A stretch of DNA of 64,000 nucleotides from a virus (taxonomy: Duplodnaviria > Caudoviricetes): IMG/VR virus record IMGVR_UViG_2974778606_000001, positions 32,001 to 96,000 of that record; one strand, 5' to 3'. The position numbers were made by a program, and so were the translations under genes. Below the pieces are notes generated by a model. It had not been told where the DNA came from. It saw nothing but the letters and a program-made list of their open reading frames with translations, and made no database searches. This document shows, piece after piece, positions 50,073 to 58,192 of this stretch (positions are counted from its first letter, which is position 1; each line of letters begins with the position of its first letter).

Positions 50073-50459
50073 ATGGGAACGAAGATTTCTATCCAAGAGC
50101 TGTACGAGCGTGACAAGGGAATCTGTGGACTCTGTGGTAAGCGCGTGACGCGCAAGCAGCTCCTTGCAGGACTTGCTAATCGAGACCACATTGTTCCGGC
50201 CTCTAAGGGAGGAACTAATCGAGCTGATAACCTGCGCCTGACTCACTACGGCTGCAACATTCGTCGTGGCAATGGTGAGGACAATGGTGAAAAGGGCCGC
50301 TTGGTCATCGAGAACAAGCGCAGGGAAATTTTCGAAAAGCAGGATGGCTTGTGCTACCATTGCACCAATCCAATCTCTGACGACAAGGAAACGGTCGCTC
50401 TGATTCGTGGAAGCTACCTCGCCCATCGGGAATGTATTCGTCGTGATAGGCAGAAGTAG
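50073..50459 (+). CDS. HNH endonuclease, leaderless
   Basis: RDKGICGLC...DHIVP.SKGG...NL; TTGACA-N17-TAGAGT ends 7 nt before ATG. Confidence 0.82.
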   Translation: MGTKISIQELYERDKGICGLCGKRVTRKQLLAGLANRDHIVPASKGGTNRADNLRLTHYGCNIRRGNGEDNGEKGRLVIENKRREIFEKQDGLCYHCTNPISDDKETVALIRGSYLAHRECIRRDRQK

Positions 50460-50641
50460 TGGATAAGAACGAACCAGGCGTATCAATCCTCAGTCTATTG
50501 AGGATGCTCAAGCGCGCAAAGAAAATTCGGCCGGTAGTGGAAATGTCTACCTGTGGCCATTGTAAGACACAGTACGATATCCATAAGGGACATATGTGCC
50601 CTTACATCAGAGAACTCTATAAGAACATGGAGAATTCATGA
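50459..50641 (+). CDS. Small Zn-binding protein
   Basis: CGHC...HMC. Confidence 0.55.
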   Translation: MDKNEPGVSILSLLRMLKRAKKIRPVVEMSTCGHCKTQYDIHKGHMCPYIRELYKNMENS

Positions 50642-50853
50642 GTGGCTACGAGACTCGTTACTACACCTTCAAGGGAAGTAACAAGCTGGCTGATGAGATT
50701 GCCTATCTTGCAGTCAAGAATCATTGTCGGGTTGCCAACCGTACGTGCACTGGCATTTTCAACAAGGAGCATCGCTTTGAGGTTTTTGGTGATGTCAGCG
50801 GCATGAACCGATTTGAAGTTGAAATGGCTGACGCTAAGCGGAGGCTTTCTTGA
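50638..50853 (+). CDS. Hypothetical protein
   Basis: GGAG RBS, coupled. Confidence 0.6.
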   Translation: MSGYETRYYTFKGSNKLADEIAYLAVKNHCRVANRTCTGIFNKEHRFEVFGDVSGMNRFEVEMADAKRRLS

Positions 50854-51233
50854 GCAACAGTTTTTACCATGCTCGCAGCTCTGCCCGGAAGTGGGGAGGT
50901 GAGCCAGAGGACTATATCGCCATTCATGAATGGATTGATGCATCCAAGGCTCATTTCGGAGACGCCCGGCACAGAGCATTGCGTCATCACACAGAAGGAT
51001 GCTGGGAGGCCGAACGAGTATTTGGCCTCACCATCACAGTAAAGAAGAGAAGGTCTGGCGTAGAAGTGCGTGTACCTGTTCGTGAAATTGCTGAACAGCA
51101 CGTCTTTGAAGACCTGGGCTACATTCCAAGCCTTGCTGACTGGTTGAAAAACATGCAGCTAAAGGAATGGATGGGCGGCAAGGTAAAGACTGTCGTCTCG
51201 CGTTCTGATGTATTGAAGGGAAACAATGACTAA
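50850..51233 (+). CDS. Conserved hypothetical (DUF6915-like)
   Basis: HA.SSARKWGG...IH.W.D.SK...RHRALRHH...EQHV.ED. Confidence 0.75.
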   Translation: MSNSFYHARSSARKWGGEPEDYIAIHEWIDASKAHFGDARHRALRHHTEGCWEAERVFGLTITVKKRRSGVEVRVPVREIAEQHVFEDLGYIPSLADWLKNMQLKEWMGGKVKTVVSRSDVLKGNND

Positions 51234-51732
51234 TCTATATGGCCGTAATCTTCGTGGCGAGCCACAGGACAATGATTCATGGCCGGAACAGGATGACACG
51301 AAGGTATTGATTGATGCAATCGATGCTTTGCTTGACCTGGACCATGTGAAGGCAGTAAGCTGGACCCAGCACACACCAAGCTTCAACGATGGAGAGCCTT
51401 GCCGATTTGGCGTAGGAACTGTGTCTGTTAGCCTTGAGGGTGTTCAGCGCGAAGAAGACAGTGACTGGTATGACGATGAGCACGGATACTTCCTGTCTGA
51501 GTACGACCTGTACAGCTACAAGGACAATGAAGACGGAAGCACCAATTGGGATGAAAAGGTGTGGGAAGTCTCTGGGGTGCCAACGAAGGAAATCTATGAT
51601 AAGCTCAACGAGCTAGAGAAGATTCTCGACAATGGCGCTCACTATGCGTGGCTCATGACCTCTTTCGGAGACCCGGCAGAAGTAGTGGCTACAGAAGAAG
51701 ACTTCATTGTCGAAAGATATGAAGGCGAGTAA
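51226..51732 (+). CDS. Hypothetical acidic protein
   Basis: 168 aa; WTQHTPSFNDGEPC. Confidence 0.75.
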   Translation: MTNLYGRNLRGEPQDNDSWPEQDDTKVLIDAIDALLDLDHVKAVSWTQHTPSFNDGEPCRFGVGTVSVSLEGVQREEDSDWYDDEHGYFLSEYDLYSYKDNEDGSTNWDEKVWEVSGVPTKEIYDKLNELEKILDNGAHYAWLMTSFGDPAEVVATEEDFIVERYEGE

Positions 51733-51740
51733 GGAGCAAC

Positions 51741-51926
51741 ATGTCTTTGGAGCATATTGATGCAGAAGGAGTCCTTGACCTTATTTCAGGTACCATTGAT
51801 GGTGGCTGGAATGATGGAATCAATGCTTTCGTTGGTGCATCAAATGATGGTGAATTCCTGAACGTCGAAGTTGAGGACGAGCACGGGAACAAGAAGACCT
51901 TCACTCTGACGATTGAAGAAAGCTGA
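51741..51926 (+). CDS. Hypothetical protein
   Basis: AAGGAG RBS. Confidence 0.65.
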   Translation: MSLEHIDAEGVLDLISGTIDGGWNDGINAFVGASNDGEFLNVEVEDEHGNKKTFTLTIEES

Positions 51927-51978
51927 CAATTCATAACATCATCTATAGTACAATGTGACTATAAGGAGGTGTTATACA

Positions 51979-52287
51979 TTGGCATACATCGAAATCAATA
52001 GCTTTCATTTCGATACCGAAACTGGAAACATCATTGTTCAGTTTTCTCGTCCAGTAAATGTTTCATATGAGCACGACGAAATGGCTTCTGCCTATGAAGT
52101 GCTCGAAGGAGAGCTATTCCTTGACGCTAACAGTACTGTGATTGGAAACTGGTGGCCAGCGTCCCTTGACGGAAACATCGAGCAGGGGTACTCTGGAAGA
52201 CAGCAGGGAGAGACCAGGAACGTCATTCCTGAAACCCCACTGCATGATGTTCCAACTTCTGACCAAGTCCCTCAGCCTGAAGAGTGA
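51979..52287 (+). CDS. Hypothetical protein
   Basis: AGGAGG RBS then TTG (MAYIEINSF). Confidence 0.65.
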   Translation: MAYIEINSFHFDTETGNIIVQFSRPVNVSYEHDEMASAYEVLEGELFLDANSTVIGNWWPASLDGNIEQGYSGRQQGETRNVIPETPLHDVPTSDQVPQPEE

Positions 52288-52288
52288 C

Positions 52289-52317
52289 TTGACAGGCCAA
52301 GCAAGACACGTTAGACT
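52289..52317 (+). promoter_or_regulatory. Promoter of second tRNA cluster
   Basis: TTGACA-N17-TAGACT. Confidence 0.7.
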
Positions 52318-52361
52318 AGTAACACAGCGCAGGACGGAGCGCAGCAACTAAATCCGTTCAT

Positions 52362-52432
52362 GCCCCTATAGTCTAAGGGTAGGATACAAGATTCTCAATC
52401 TTGTGGTCGGAGTTCAACTCTCCGTAGGGGTA
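52362..52432 (+). tRNA. tRNA-Glu(CTC)
   Basis: CAAGA-TTCTCAA-TCTTG. Confidence 0.9.
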
Positions 52433-52433
52433 C

Positions 52434-52694
52434 GTGGCACCACCAAAGATACCAACTCAAATAGAAGCGAAATTAGTAGTGGCTATACTCTGTGGAGTGA
52501 TTGGCTCACTACTAGCAAGCTTTCTCATGATGGGTTGTATCGCAGAGACAAATGAAACTAGCAAGATGAAGGCATGTGTCTCTAAGGGTTATGAGTGGGT
52601 AGCAGCGCCCGGTGGTCCTGAGTGCAAGAAGCCGGTTGACATAGTGTTTCAACCAAGCTACGATAGTAACAACGAAACAGACAAGCCCCGTTAG
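52434..52694 (+). CDS. Small membrane protein
   Basis: One TM helix; GTG 1 nt after tRNA. Confidence 0.55.
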   Translation: MAPPKIPTQIEAKLVVAILCGVIGSLLASFLMMGCIAETNETSKMKACVSKGYEWVAAPGGPECKKPVDIVFQPSYDSNNETDKPR

Positions 52695-52759
52695 TCTAGC
52701 GGCCTAGGATTCCAGACTTTCAATCTGCGAGAACGTCGGTTCGAATCCGACACGGGGTA
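52685..52759 (+). tRNA. tRNA-Glu(TTC)
   Basis: Loop CTTTCAA. Confidence 0.9.
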
Positions 52760-52835
52760 CGTACAAAGTGGTCCTGTCTGATGCGCAGGTTAAATACTAT
52801 CAAGACGTTACTAGTGCGTCTGAAAGTGCCATTAT

Positions 52836-52908
52836 GCGGGTGTCGTCTAGCGGCTAAGGCCCCATCCTTACAAGATGGTCATCGGAGGTTCGAGTCCTCT
52901 CACCCGTA
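52836..52908 (+). tRNA. tRNA-Val(TAC)
   Basis: CCATC-CTTACAA-GATGG. Confidence 0.9.
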
Positions 52909-52995
52909 CGAGTCCCCGTCAGAGGCTAGAGGATGACGACCTACATTCTGACAGCAGTTGGGCACACCATAGTTAGGATAGCCACGAACTGCATT

Positions 52996-53072
52996 GGGTT
53001 TGATTGGTATGACGTTAGTGAAAGCCGACAATGGACCGCTAACCGCAGAGGGTTCGAATCCCTCCAAATCCA
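52996..53072 (+). ncRNA. Mini tmRNA-like RNA (tRNA-like domain only)
   Basis: GGGTTTG/CAAATCC acceptor with G3:U70 and A73; stemless D region; 7-bp helix; canonical T-arm. Confidence 0.6.
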
Positions 53073-53252
53073 CGTTGGAAGGTGTTGAGGTGAGAGAAAA
53101 GTTGGTCACTCAGTATCTCTGCTCATTGTGTAAGGTCTAACCAACCATCACACCAGGCACGAATCTGGCCCTTCCGTAGACTTGATGATAAAGACCCCTA
53201 AGCTGATATTCCATATCAGCCGGACACTTGGCGGTGACGCCTTTCATCATAT

Positions 53253-53327
53253 GCTCCCATAGACCAATTGGCAGGAGTCGCACGGCTTAGACCCGTGAAT
53301 GTGTCGGTTCGAATCCGACTGGGAGTA
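53253..53327 (+). tRNA. tRNA-Leu(TAG) with short variable arm
   Basis: CACGG-CTTAGAC-CCGTG; 5-nt variable loop. Confidence 0.85.
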
Positions 53328-53355
53328 CTCCATAACTACAAAGACAAGGATACAG

Positions 53356-53457
53356 GTGGCAGCCTGCCCCAAGGGTGGAAAGCACGATTGGAAGATATGG
53401 TCTGGAAAGTATCGCTGTCGTAAGTGTGGTGAAACAAGTAAGATACAGCCTGCTTAG
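53356..53457 (+). CDS. 33-aa Zn-finger microprotein (not in ORF track)
   Basis: AAGGA RBS; MAACPKGGKHDW...RCRKCG. Confidence 0.6.
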   Translation: MAACPKGGKHDWKIWSGKYRCRKCGETSKIQPA

Positions 53458-53466
53458 GTTGTTTAT

Positions 53467-53545
53467 GCGTCTGTGGTGGAATGGTAGACACGCTGGTCTT
53501 AGGAACCAGTTCTTCGGAGTGCAGGTTCGAGTCCTGTCAGACGTA
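53467..53545 (+). tRNA. tRNA-Leu(TAG)
   Basis: CTGGT-CTTAGGA-ACCAG with variable arm. Confidence 0.92.
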
Positions 53546-53598
53546 CTTTGACTGTCATCCGGAGTCAGTCAAATGCATATAGGGTCGCTCCCTATATG

Positions 53599-53726
53599 AG
53601 GAACATAGTTTAAATGGGAGAACGGCGAAATGCGCTGTCGAACGGGAGATGCTGCCGAGCTAAAGGTGGGTTCTTTGCTAGTAGATAACAGAGTAGTCAG
53701 TGTCGGTTCGAATCCGGCTGTTCCGC
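53599..53726 (+). ncRNA. tRNA-like RNA with about 55 extra nt in place of the anticodon arm
   Basis: GGAACA/TGTTCC acceptor, D-arm, GTCGG-TTCGAAT-CCGGC T-arm. Confidence 0.6.
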
Positions 53727-53865
53727 TAGCCTGCGACGACGTTTCGATGTAGGTCCCCTAGGGTTTGCGCAGACCCGAAGGGCATTCGAGAAAGGTGCCT
53801 AGCTAGGTCCGTCTATCAATAGGGTGAGAGTTTTTCGCGGTTTTCCTCATAATTAAACCGTGCTT

Positions 53866-53937
53866 GGTCCTTTAGCTGAGATAGATTAGCGATAGCCTGA
53901 AAAGCTTTAGAGGTCGGTGCGATACCGTCAGGGACCA
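53866..53937 (+). tRNA. tRNA-Phe(GAA), T-loop TGCGATA
   Basis: Loop CTGAAAA; GGTCCTT/AGGGACC. Confidence 0.82.
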
Positions 53938-54067
53938 CAATGAATGGATGACTCATCTGATTTCGAATAGGATGTTGAATCCATGCAGGAGGCCCGGTAT
54001 GCTAGCTAGGGTAACGGATGTTGCATGACGGCTTCGGACATCCAAAAACAAACAGGAAACCGTCCCC

Positions 54068-54138
54068 TCCGTAGTGGTGTAACGGTAACATACCTCCTTG
54101 CCAAGGAGGCGTCGCGGGTTCGATTCCCGTCTACGGGA
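54068..54138 (+). tRNA. tRNA-Gly(GCC), atypical A73
   Basis: CCTCC-TTGCCAA-GGAGG. Confidence 0.88.
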
Positions 54139-54143
54139 CTCTT

Positions 54144-54218
54144 GCCCCAGTATTGGCCCGGCCTTCTAAGCCAGAGGCGCATAATGGAAAGATGCAGGTT
54201 CGAATCCTGTCTGGGGTG
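54144..54218 (+). tRNA. D-armless tRNA-Arg(TCT)-like RNA
   Basis: GCCCCAG/CTGGGGT acceptor, loop CTTCTAA, intact T-arm, no D-arm. Confidence 0.55.
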
Positions 54219-54219
54219 C

Positions 54220-54390
54220 GTGAAGGTGAGAAAAATGGTCGTATATTACGACGGTGTCAGCGAAGAAGAGGAAGACAAGCTTATGGAAGCTGTAGAAAAT
54301 ATCCTCTGTCCGAATGCTGAAGAAGAGAATCATGAATGCAGAATGCATCTGATGACCTGGCAGACCGTTGACGACTACAACGATGAATGA
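54220..54390 (+). CDS. Hypothetical acidic microprotein
   Basis: GTG 1 nt after tRNA-like RNA, or ATG 54235. Confidence 0.55.
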   Translation: MKVRKMVVYYDGVSEEEEDKLMEAVENILCPNAEEENHECRMHLMTWQTVDDYNDE

Positions 54391-54498
54391 AAATGCTCGG
54401 TAGAAAAGTCTGGAGAGGCCAGACGTTCGAGGACTCTCCGCTTAAAAACAAAATTTGGAGGCGTCGTGAACGAAGAGACTGGCAGCGAGAATGGAGTC

Positions 54499-54657
54499 AT
54501 GACAGACTTGGTTCTGGCAGGAATTCTTCAGATTGAAGAGATAGAAGAAAATGGTGACATTCTACTATCTCTTGACTGGGAAAAGCTTTACGAATACGAT
54601 TCAAACATCTACTACTACCTCAGAGAAGCTGAGCTAAACGGTGAGATGATACAATAG
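54499..54657 (+). CDS. Hypothetical protein
   Basis: GGAG before ATG (MTDLVLAG). Confidence 0.55.
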   Translation: MTDLVLAGILQIEEIEENGDILLSLDWEKLYEYDSNIYYYLREAELNGEMIQ

Positions 54658-54661
54658 GGAC

Positions 54662-54817
54662 ATGAAGACCTATGAAATCGCAGTTAGCCTGTTGCTGTCA
54701 GTAGAAGCTCCTGACAAATCAGACGCACTTGAAGCAGTCAAGGACACGTTTGGTGAAGGTGAAATCTGCGGAATAGATATCAAGGACATCGAGGTTGAAG
54801 TTGTCGATGAACTTTGA
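54662..54817 (+). CDS. 51-aa hypothetical protein (not in ORF track)
   Basis: MKTYEIAVSL...VEVVDEL* fills gap. Confidence 0.6.
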   Translation: MKTYEIAVSLLLSVEAPDKSDALEAVKDTFGEGEICGIDIKDIEVEVVDEL

Positions 54818-54818
54818 T

Positions 54819-54995
54819 ATGCTGTCTAACGTACCAGGTGTTGAGTTCTTCCTTAAGTGCACATTTTGCCCGGAAGAGTCAGACGGTAACTTGACAGTAG
54901 AGCTTGAACCTGGTATGTTTGTACCAATGCCAATCTGTGAAGATTGCTTGGAGCAGCAAGCCAAGAACTTCAATATGATTGAAAGTCCTGAATAA
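54819..54995 (+). CDS. Small Zn-binding protein
   Basis: CTFC...CEDC. Confidence 0.6.
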   Translation: MLSNVPGVEFFLKCTFCPEESDGNLTVELEPGMFVPMPICEDCLEQQAKNFNMIESPE

Positions 54996-55002
54996 GGACT
55001 AT

Positions 55003-55077
55003 GGGCGGTTAGTGTTAATGGTAGCACGAGTGCTTTGCACGCATTAAGCAGGGGTTCGAATCCCCTACTGTCCACCA
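55003..55077 (+). tRNA. tRNA-Ala(TGC), CCA encoded
   Basis: G3:U70; loop TTTGCAC. Confidence 0.93.
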
Positions 55078-55157
55078 GAACTGGGTTTGATTCAACAAAG
55101 GCTTAGGCTTAGAGGTGTACCACTCGGTTCTTAACTTCCTGCGCAGGGAGGTGCAAA

Positions 55158-55232
55158 ATGACACCAGAAAGAGCATTGGCAATTGGAATTCTAGCACTAG
55201 TGCTACTTGCAATTTTGTTTGCCGTTCTGTAA
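55158..55232 (+). CDS. 24-aa hydrophobic peptide (not in ORF track)
   Basis: GGAGG RBS; MTPERALAIGILALVLLAILFAVL*. Confidence 0.65.
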   Translation: MTPERALAIGILALVLLAILFAVL

Positions 55233-55347
55233 AAATATTGGCTGGCCGATACGAACCCCATCGTATCCTTGCCCGAGGGTTAGGGACCAGCATTTATTAT
55301 GCCCGAGCTAGGTACTTAGGAGTCGGGAGAATGTAACCCTAGCGTAT

Positions 55348-55422
55348 GCTCCAGTCGCACAGTCTGGTAGTGCAACGGACTCTTAATCCGTGTGGACGTC
55401 GGTTCAAATCCGACCTGGAGTA
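55348..55422 (+). tRNA. tRNA-Lys(CTT)
   Basis: ACGGA-CTCTTAA-TCCGT. Confidence 0.92.
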
Positions 55423-55430
55423 CATAAACC

Positions 55431-55458
55431 ACCCAATCCCTAGTGGATTGGGTTTTTT
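55431..55458 (+). terminator. Intrinsic terminator
   Basis: ACCCAATCC-CTAGT-GGATTGGGT-TTTTT. Confidence 0.85.
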
Positions 55459-55476
55459 CATGCTACAATAATTAGT

Positions 55477-56025
55477 ATGACTACACCAAAGAAGTACACC
55501 CCAAGACCAGGTGACATTGGACTGACCCGAATCGGTGGCCTTACAGGCGTTCTAGTGGGCCTAGGGCAATTCATCTTGAGGGATGCGAGCAGATACACCC
55601 ACGTCTTTGTTGTTTTGGACAACGAGGAAGTCATAGAGGCGATGCCAGCTGGAGCAATCATCAGCCCGCTGGACAAGTATGCTGGAACTACTAAGTATGG
55701 AAGTCCACTGGCAGCTTACCTAGACATCAAGTTGACACAGGAGCAGCGAGACGCTATCGTAAGAGAAGCCCGGCAGCTAGAGGGAGTTCCATATAGCTTC
55801 CTTGACTACGTTGCCTTGGCACTAGAACGTGTTGGCTTGCACTGGAAGTGGATTGAGAATAGAGTCACTTCTAGCAAGCATCTAATCTGTTCCCAATTGG
55901 CCGATGAAGCCTATAAGCGTGCAGGTGTTCATCTGTTCGAAGATGGTAGGCTATCTCAAAAGGTCACTCCTGGGGACTTGACGTACGTAGGATTTGACCA
56001 GAGGTACGATGAAGAAGTGCTCTGA
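55477..56025 (+). CDS. Permuted NlpC/P60 (YiiX/YebB-like) hydrolase, leaderless
   Basis: PGDI, YTH, IEA, G.PY, ICSQL, TPGDL; TGCTACAAT 7 nt before ATG. Confidence 0.82.
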   Translation: MTTPKKYTPRPGDIGLTRIGGLTGVLVGLGQFILRDASRYTHVFVVLDNEEVIEAMPAGAIISPLDKYAGTTKYGSPLAAYLDIKLTQEQRDAIVREARQLEGVPYSFLDYVALALERVGLHWKWIENRVTSSKHLICSQLADEAYKRAGVHLFEDGRLSQKVTPGDLTYVGFDQRYDEEVL

Positions 56026-56512
56026 TTGTAAAAGAGACAAGGCAGAGAGCGAGTTTTACAAGACCTCCAAAACTGGAGGTCTTCGCTCTTACTGCAAGGA
56101 ATGTAGTAAGGTACGTAGTAGAAAATACCTGAAAGAAAACCCGGAACGAGAAAAACAGCATCAGCAAACCTATAGAGATAAGCACAGAGAACAACTCAAT
56201 GCATGGTTTGTTGAGTGGAGAAGGAAAAACAATTCAAGAGCTAAAGAAATTTCTGCAAAGGCGAGGGCCAAAAGAAAGGAAGCTCTAGGAGATTTTGAAC
56301 TTCCTGTTGGGTTCTGGGACGTACTGCTTGACTTCTACGAGGGAGCTTGCCTCTCATGTGGAACTGATGGTAAGCTAGAGCTAGACCACGTTGTTCCACT
56401 AGCAAAAGGTGGGACTCATTCCGTAGACAACTTTCAGATTCTTTGTCGCTCATGTAATGCTAGGAAGGCTACAAAGTCTACTGATTACAGGAAGGGAAGA
56501 ATCTTCAAGTGA
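56009..56512 (+). CDS. HNH endonuclease
   Basis: CLSCG...DHVVPLAKGG.H...N....CRSCN. Confidence 0.88.
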   Translation: MKKCSDCKRDKAESEFYKTSKTGGLRSYCKECSKVRSRKYLKENPEREKQHQQTYRDKHREQLNAWFVEWRRKNNSRAKEISAKARAKRKEALGDFELPVGFWDVLLDFYEGACLSCGTDGKLELDHVVPLAKGGTHSVDNFQILCRSCNARKATKSTDYRKGRIFK

Positions 56513-56706
56513 GTACGATGAAGTGCCTGGGCTGTAAGAAAGAAAAGCCCAGAAGTGATTTTGGAACGACCGGTACGGCGAAGGGCTTGTGCAAGTCCTG
56601 TCGCTCTGGTAGAGTGAGTAGCACAGGCAAGGGAAAGAGGTCAGGAAGCTGGCTCGATGGCGTTGGAGATGCTATCGGTGACTTCATCGAGGCGATTCTA
56701 CCTTGA
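56509..56706 (+). CDS. Small Zn-finger protein
   Basis: CLGC...CKSC. Confidence 0.6.
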   Translation: MSTMKCLGCKKEKPRSDFGTTGTAKGLCKSCRSGRVSSTGKGKRSGSWLDGVGDAIGDFIEAILP

Positions 56707-56993
56707 CTAGAACTCAACTACTTGCTATCCTAGACAGGAAGGCAAAGCTAGCGAAGAGAAACATGTCAGCCGCTAATCAGCGAGATGACCGAGTTGAGAC
56801 TCGTGCATATGCTGTTGAGCTGACTGAGACAAATGCATTCATTCAGGCACTGAAAAGACTCAAGAGCCTAGATTAGGAAGTAATGTATATTTACTACAAG
56901 TCCAGGGAACTGGCTTCTAAGTTGGGATGGTTCTTTCTCGGAAAGTACCGTGAGCTGAAGATGCGAAACATGTAAAATGCCCGAAAGGGCTAT

Positions 56994-57070
56994 TCCCACG
57001 ATACACCTGTGTGGCTCGGTGTAGCAGACTGTTAATCTGCCGGTCGTTGGTTCGACTCCAACCGTGGGAG
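56994..57070 (+). tRNA. tRNA-Asn(GTT), unusual 5-bp D-stem
   Basis: GCAGA-CTGTTAA-TCTGC; ACACC/GGTGT. Confidence 0.85.
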
Positions 57071-57413
57071 CTGGCCGCCAAAGCTTAGGGAGATAGCTAC
57101 CCTAGGCAAGGATAAACCGGATGATAGCTTGTGATATTCTAGACAGGTCATAAGTGAAGACAAGGTGGAAACCCAGAGGCAAACTGGGGCACGGCCAACC
57201 ACTTATAGCTTTACTAACAGCACGTAGATTGTCTGTGTACCTTTGGTTTTACGGCTTTTTAAATCTTAGGAGCAGGCATGAAGAAGGGTTTAGCGGCCCT
57301 ACCCAATCAAGAGGAAGCCGTTGAGATTGGTCGTGCTAGAGTAAATAAGCGGCTGTTGGGACCGCTTCAAGCAAGAGACACCGCTCAAAGGTGGAGTGCT
57401 GCATCCCTTCCTA

Positions 57414-57485
57414 TGGCCTATAGCTTAACGGCAGAGCGATTGACTGTTAATCAATTAGGTGCTGGTTCGAATCCAGCTAGGTCAG
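57414..57485 (+). tRNA. tRNA-Asn(GTT)
   Basis: ATTGA-CTGTTAA-TCAAT. Confidence 0.92.
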
Positions 57486-57519
57486 CTCGCACAGAGATTG
57501 TATCAACGTGCTCTCGTCA

Positions 57520-57544
57520 GACCCCGGCACTAGTCGGGGTTTTT
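57520..57544 (+). terminator. Intrinsic terminator
   Basis: ACCCCGGC-ACTA-GTCGGGGT-TTTT. Confidence 0.82.
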
Positions 57545-57578
57545 GGCGTATGGTATCCTTGCATAGAAGGAGGATACT

Positions 57579-57746
57579 ATGATAAAGTTCGTTTCCGGAC
57601 TGAAGCCCGGTGATGTTACAGGGTTTGGCACTGTTGTTGCCTCGCAACGAGGTCTTGACGGCAGAACCTACACCTTGGTACTATCAGAGGGTAGAGAAGT
57701 TCAACTCAACCGATTCAGACTAGTTAGGACTAGACGTGAGTTTTAA
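57579..57746 (+). CDS. 55-aa SH3-like microprotein (not in ORF track)
   Basis: AGGAGG RBS; LKPGDV...GTVV. Confidence 0.65.
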   Translation: MIKFVSGLKPGDVTGFGTVVASQRGLDGRTYTLVLSEGREVQLNRFRLVRTRREF

Positions 57747-58098
57747 GGAAACCATCAGGGCCAAGGGTTCCGAGTACGCCAAGAAGGGCGTCAAGGCTGC
57801 TGGTTCTGGTGCAAAGAGCGTTGCTCTTTCCGGCATCATGGCGAGCGGTAAGGGAATCAAGGCTGGCTGGGAGCTTGGCAAGAACTATGCTCAGACAAAG
57901 AAGTATGCTGACCTCAAGGTTGGCGACTTCATTGAGCAGGGCCAGGTCGTGCAGAACATGCAGAATTTTTCAGACCGTAGGATGCGTGAAATCACTGTGA
58001 CTGGTGAGCATACCGAAACCCTTACCGTAAAGGGTGGAGACCGAGTAAAGGTCATCACTGCTGTTCAGTGTGGTAAGCTTGCTGTAGACTTCGAGTAA
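57736..58098 (+). CDS. Hypothetical protein
   Basis: 120 aa; DLKVGDFI. Confidence 0.7.
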   Translation: MSFKETIRAKGSEYAKKGVKAAGSGAKSVALSGIMASGKGIKAGWELGKNYAQTKKYADLKVGDFIEQGQVVQNMQNFSDRRMREITVTGEHTETLTVKGGDRVKVITAVQCGKLAVDFE

Positions 58099-58119
58099 TC
58101 GAAGGGCCTTCGGGCCAAT

Positions 58120-58191
58120 GTCCCTATAGTTTAGAGGATAGAACGTCACTCTCCTAAAGTGAAGACGCAGGTTCGAGTCCTGCTGGGGATA
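58120..58191 (+). tRNA. tRNA-Arg(CCT)
   Basis: TCACT-CTCCTAA-AGTGA. Confidence 0.92.
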
Positions 58192-58192
58192 C

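Noticed and set aside
52770-52832. Hammerhead-like CTGATG...GAAA
   Set aside because: Core is CTGATGC rather than CUGANGA and stems I/III do not form
52900-53250. Full-length or permuted two-piece tmRNA
   Set aside because: The 5' and 3' halves are joined by only a 16-nt loop in normal order; no tag frame identified
57278-57613. 111-aa ORF, and 5' extensions of ORFs 54025, 61262, 47372, 46597 and 43866
   Set aside because: They run through clear tRNA/ncRNA genes or a terminator; better starts exist downstream
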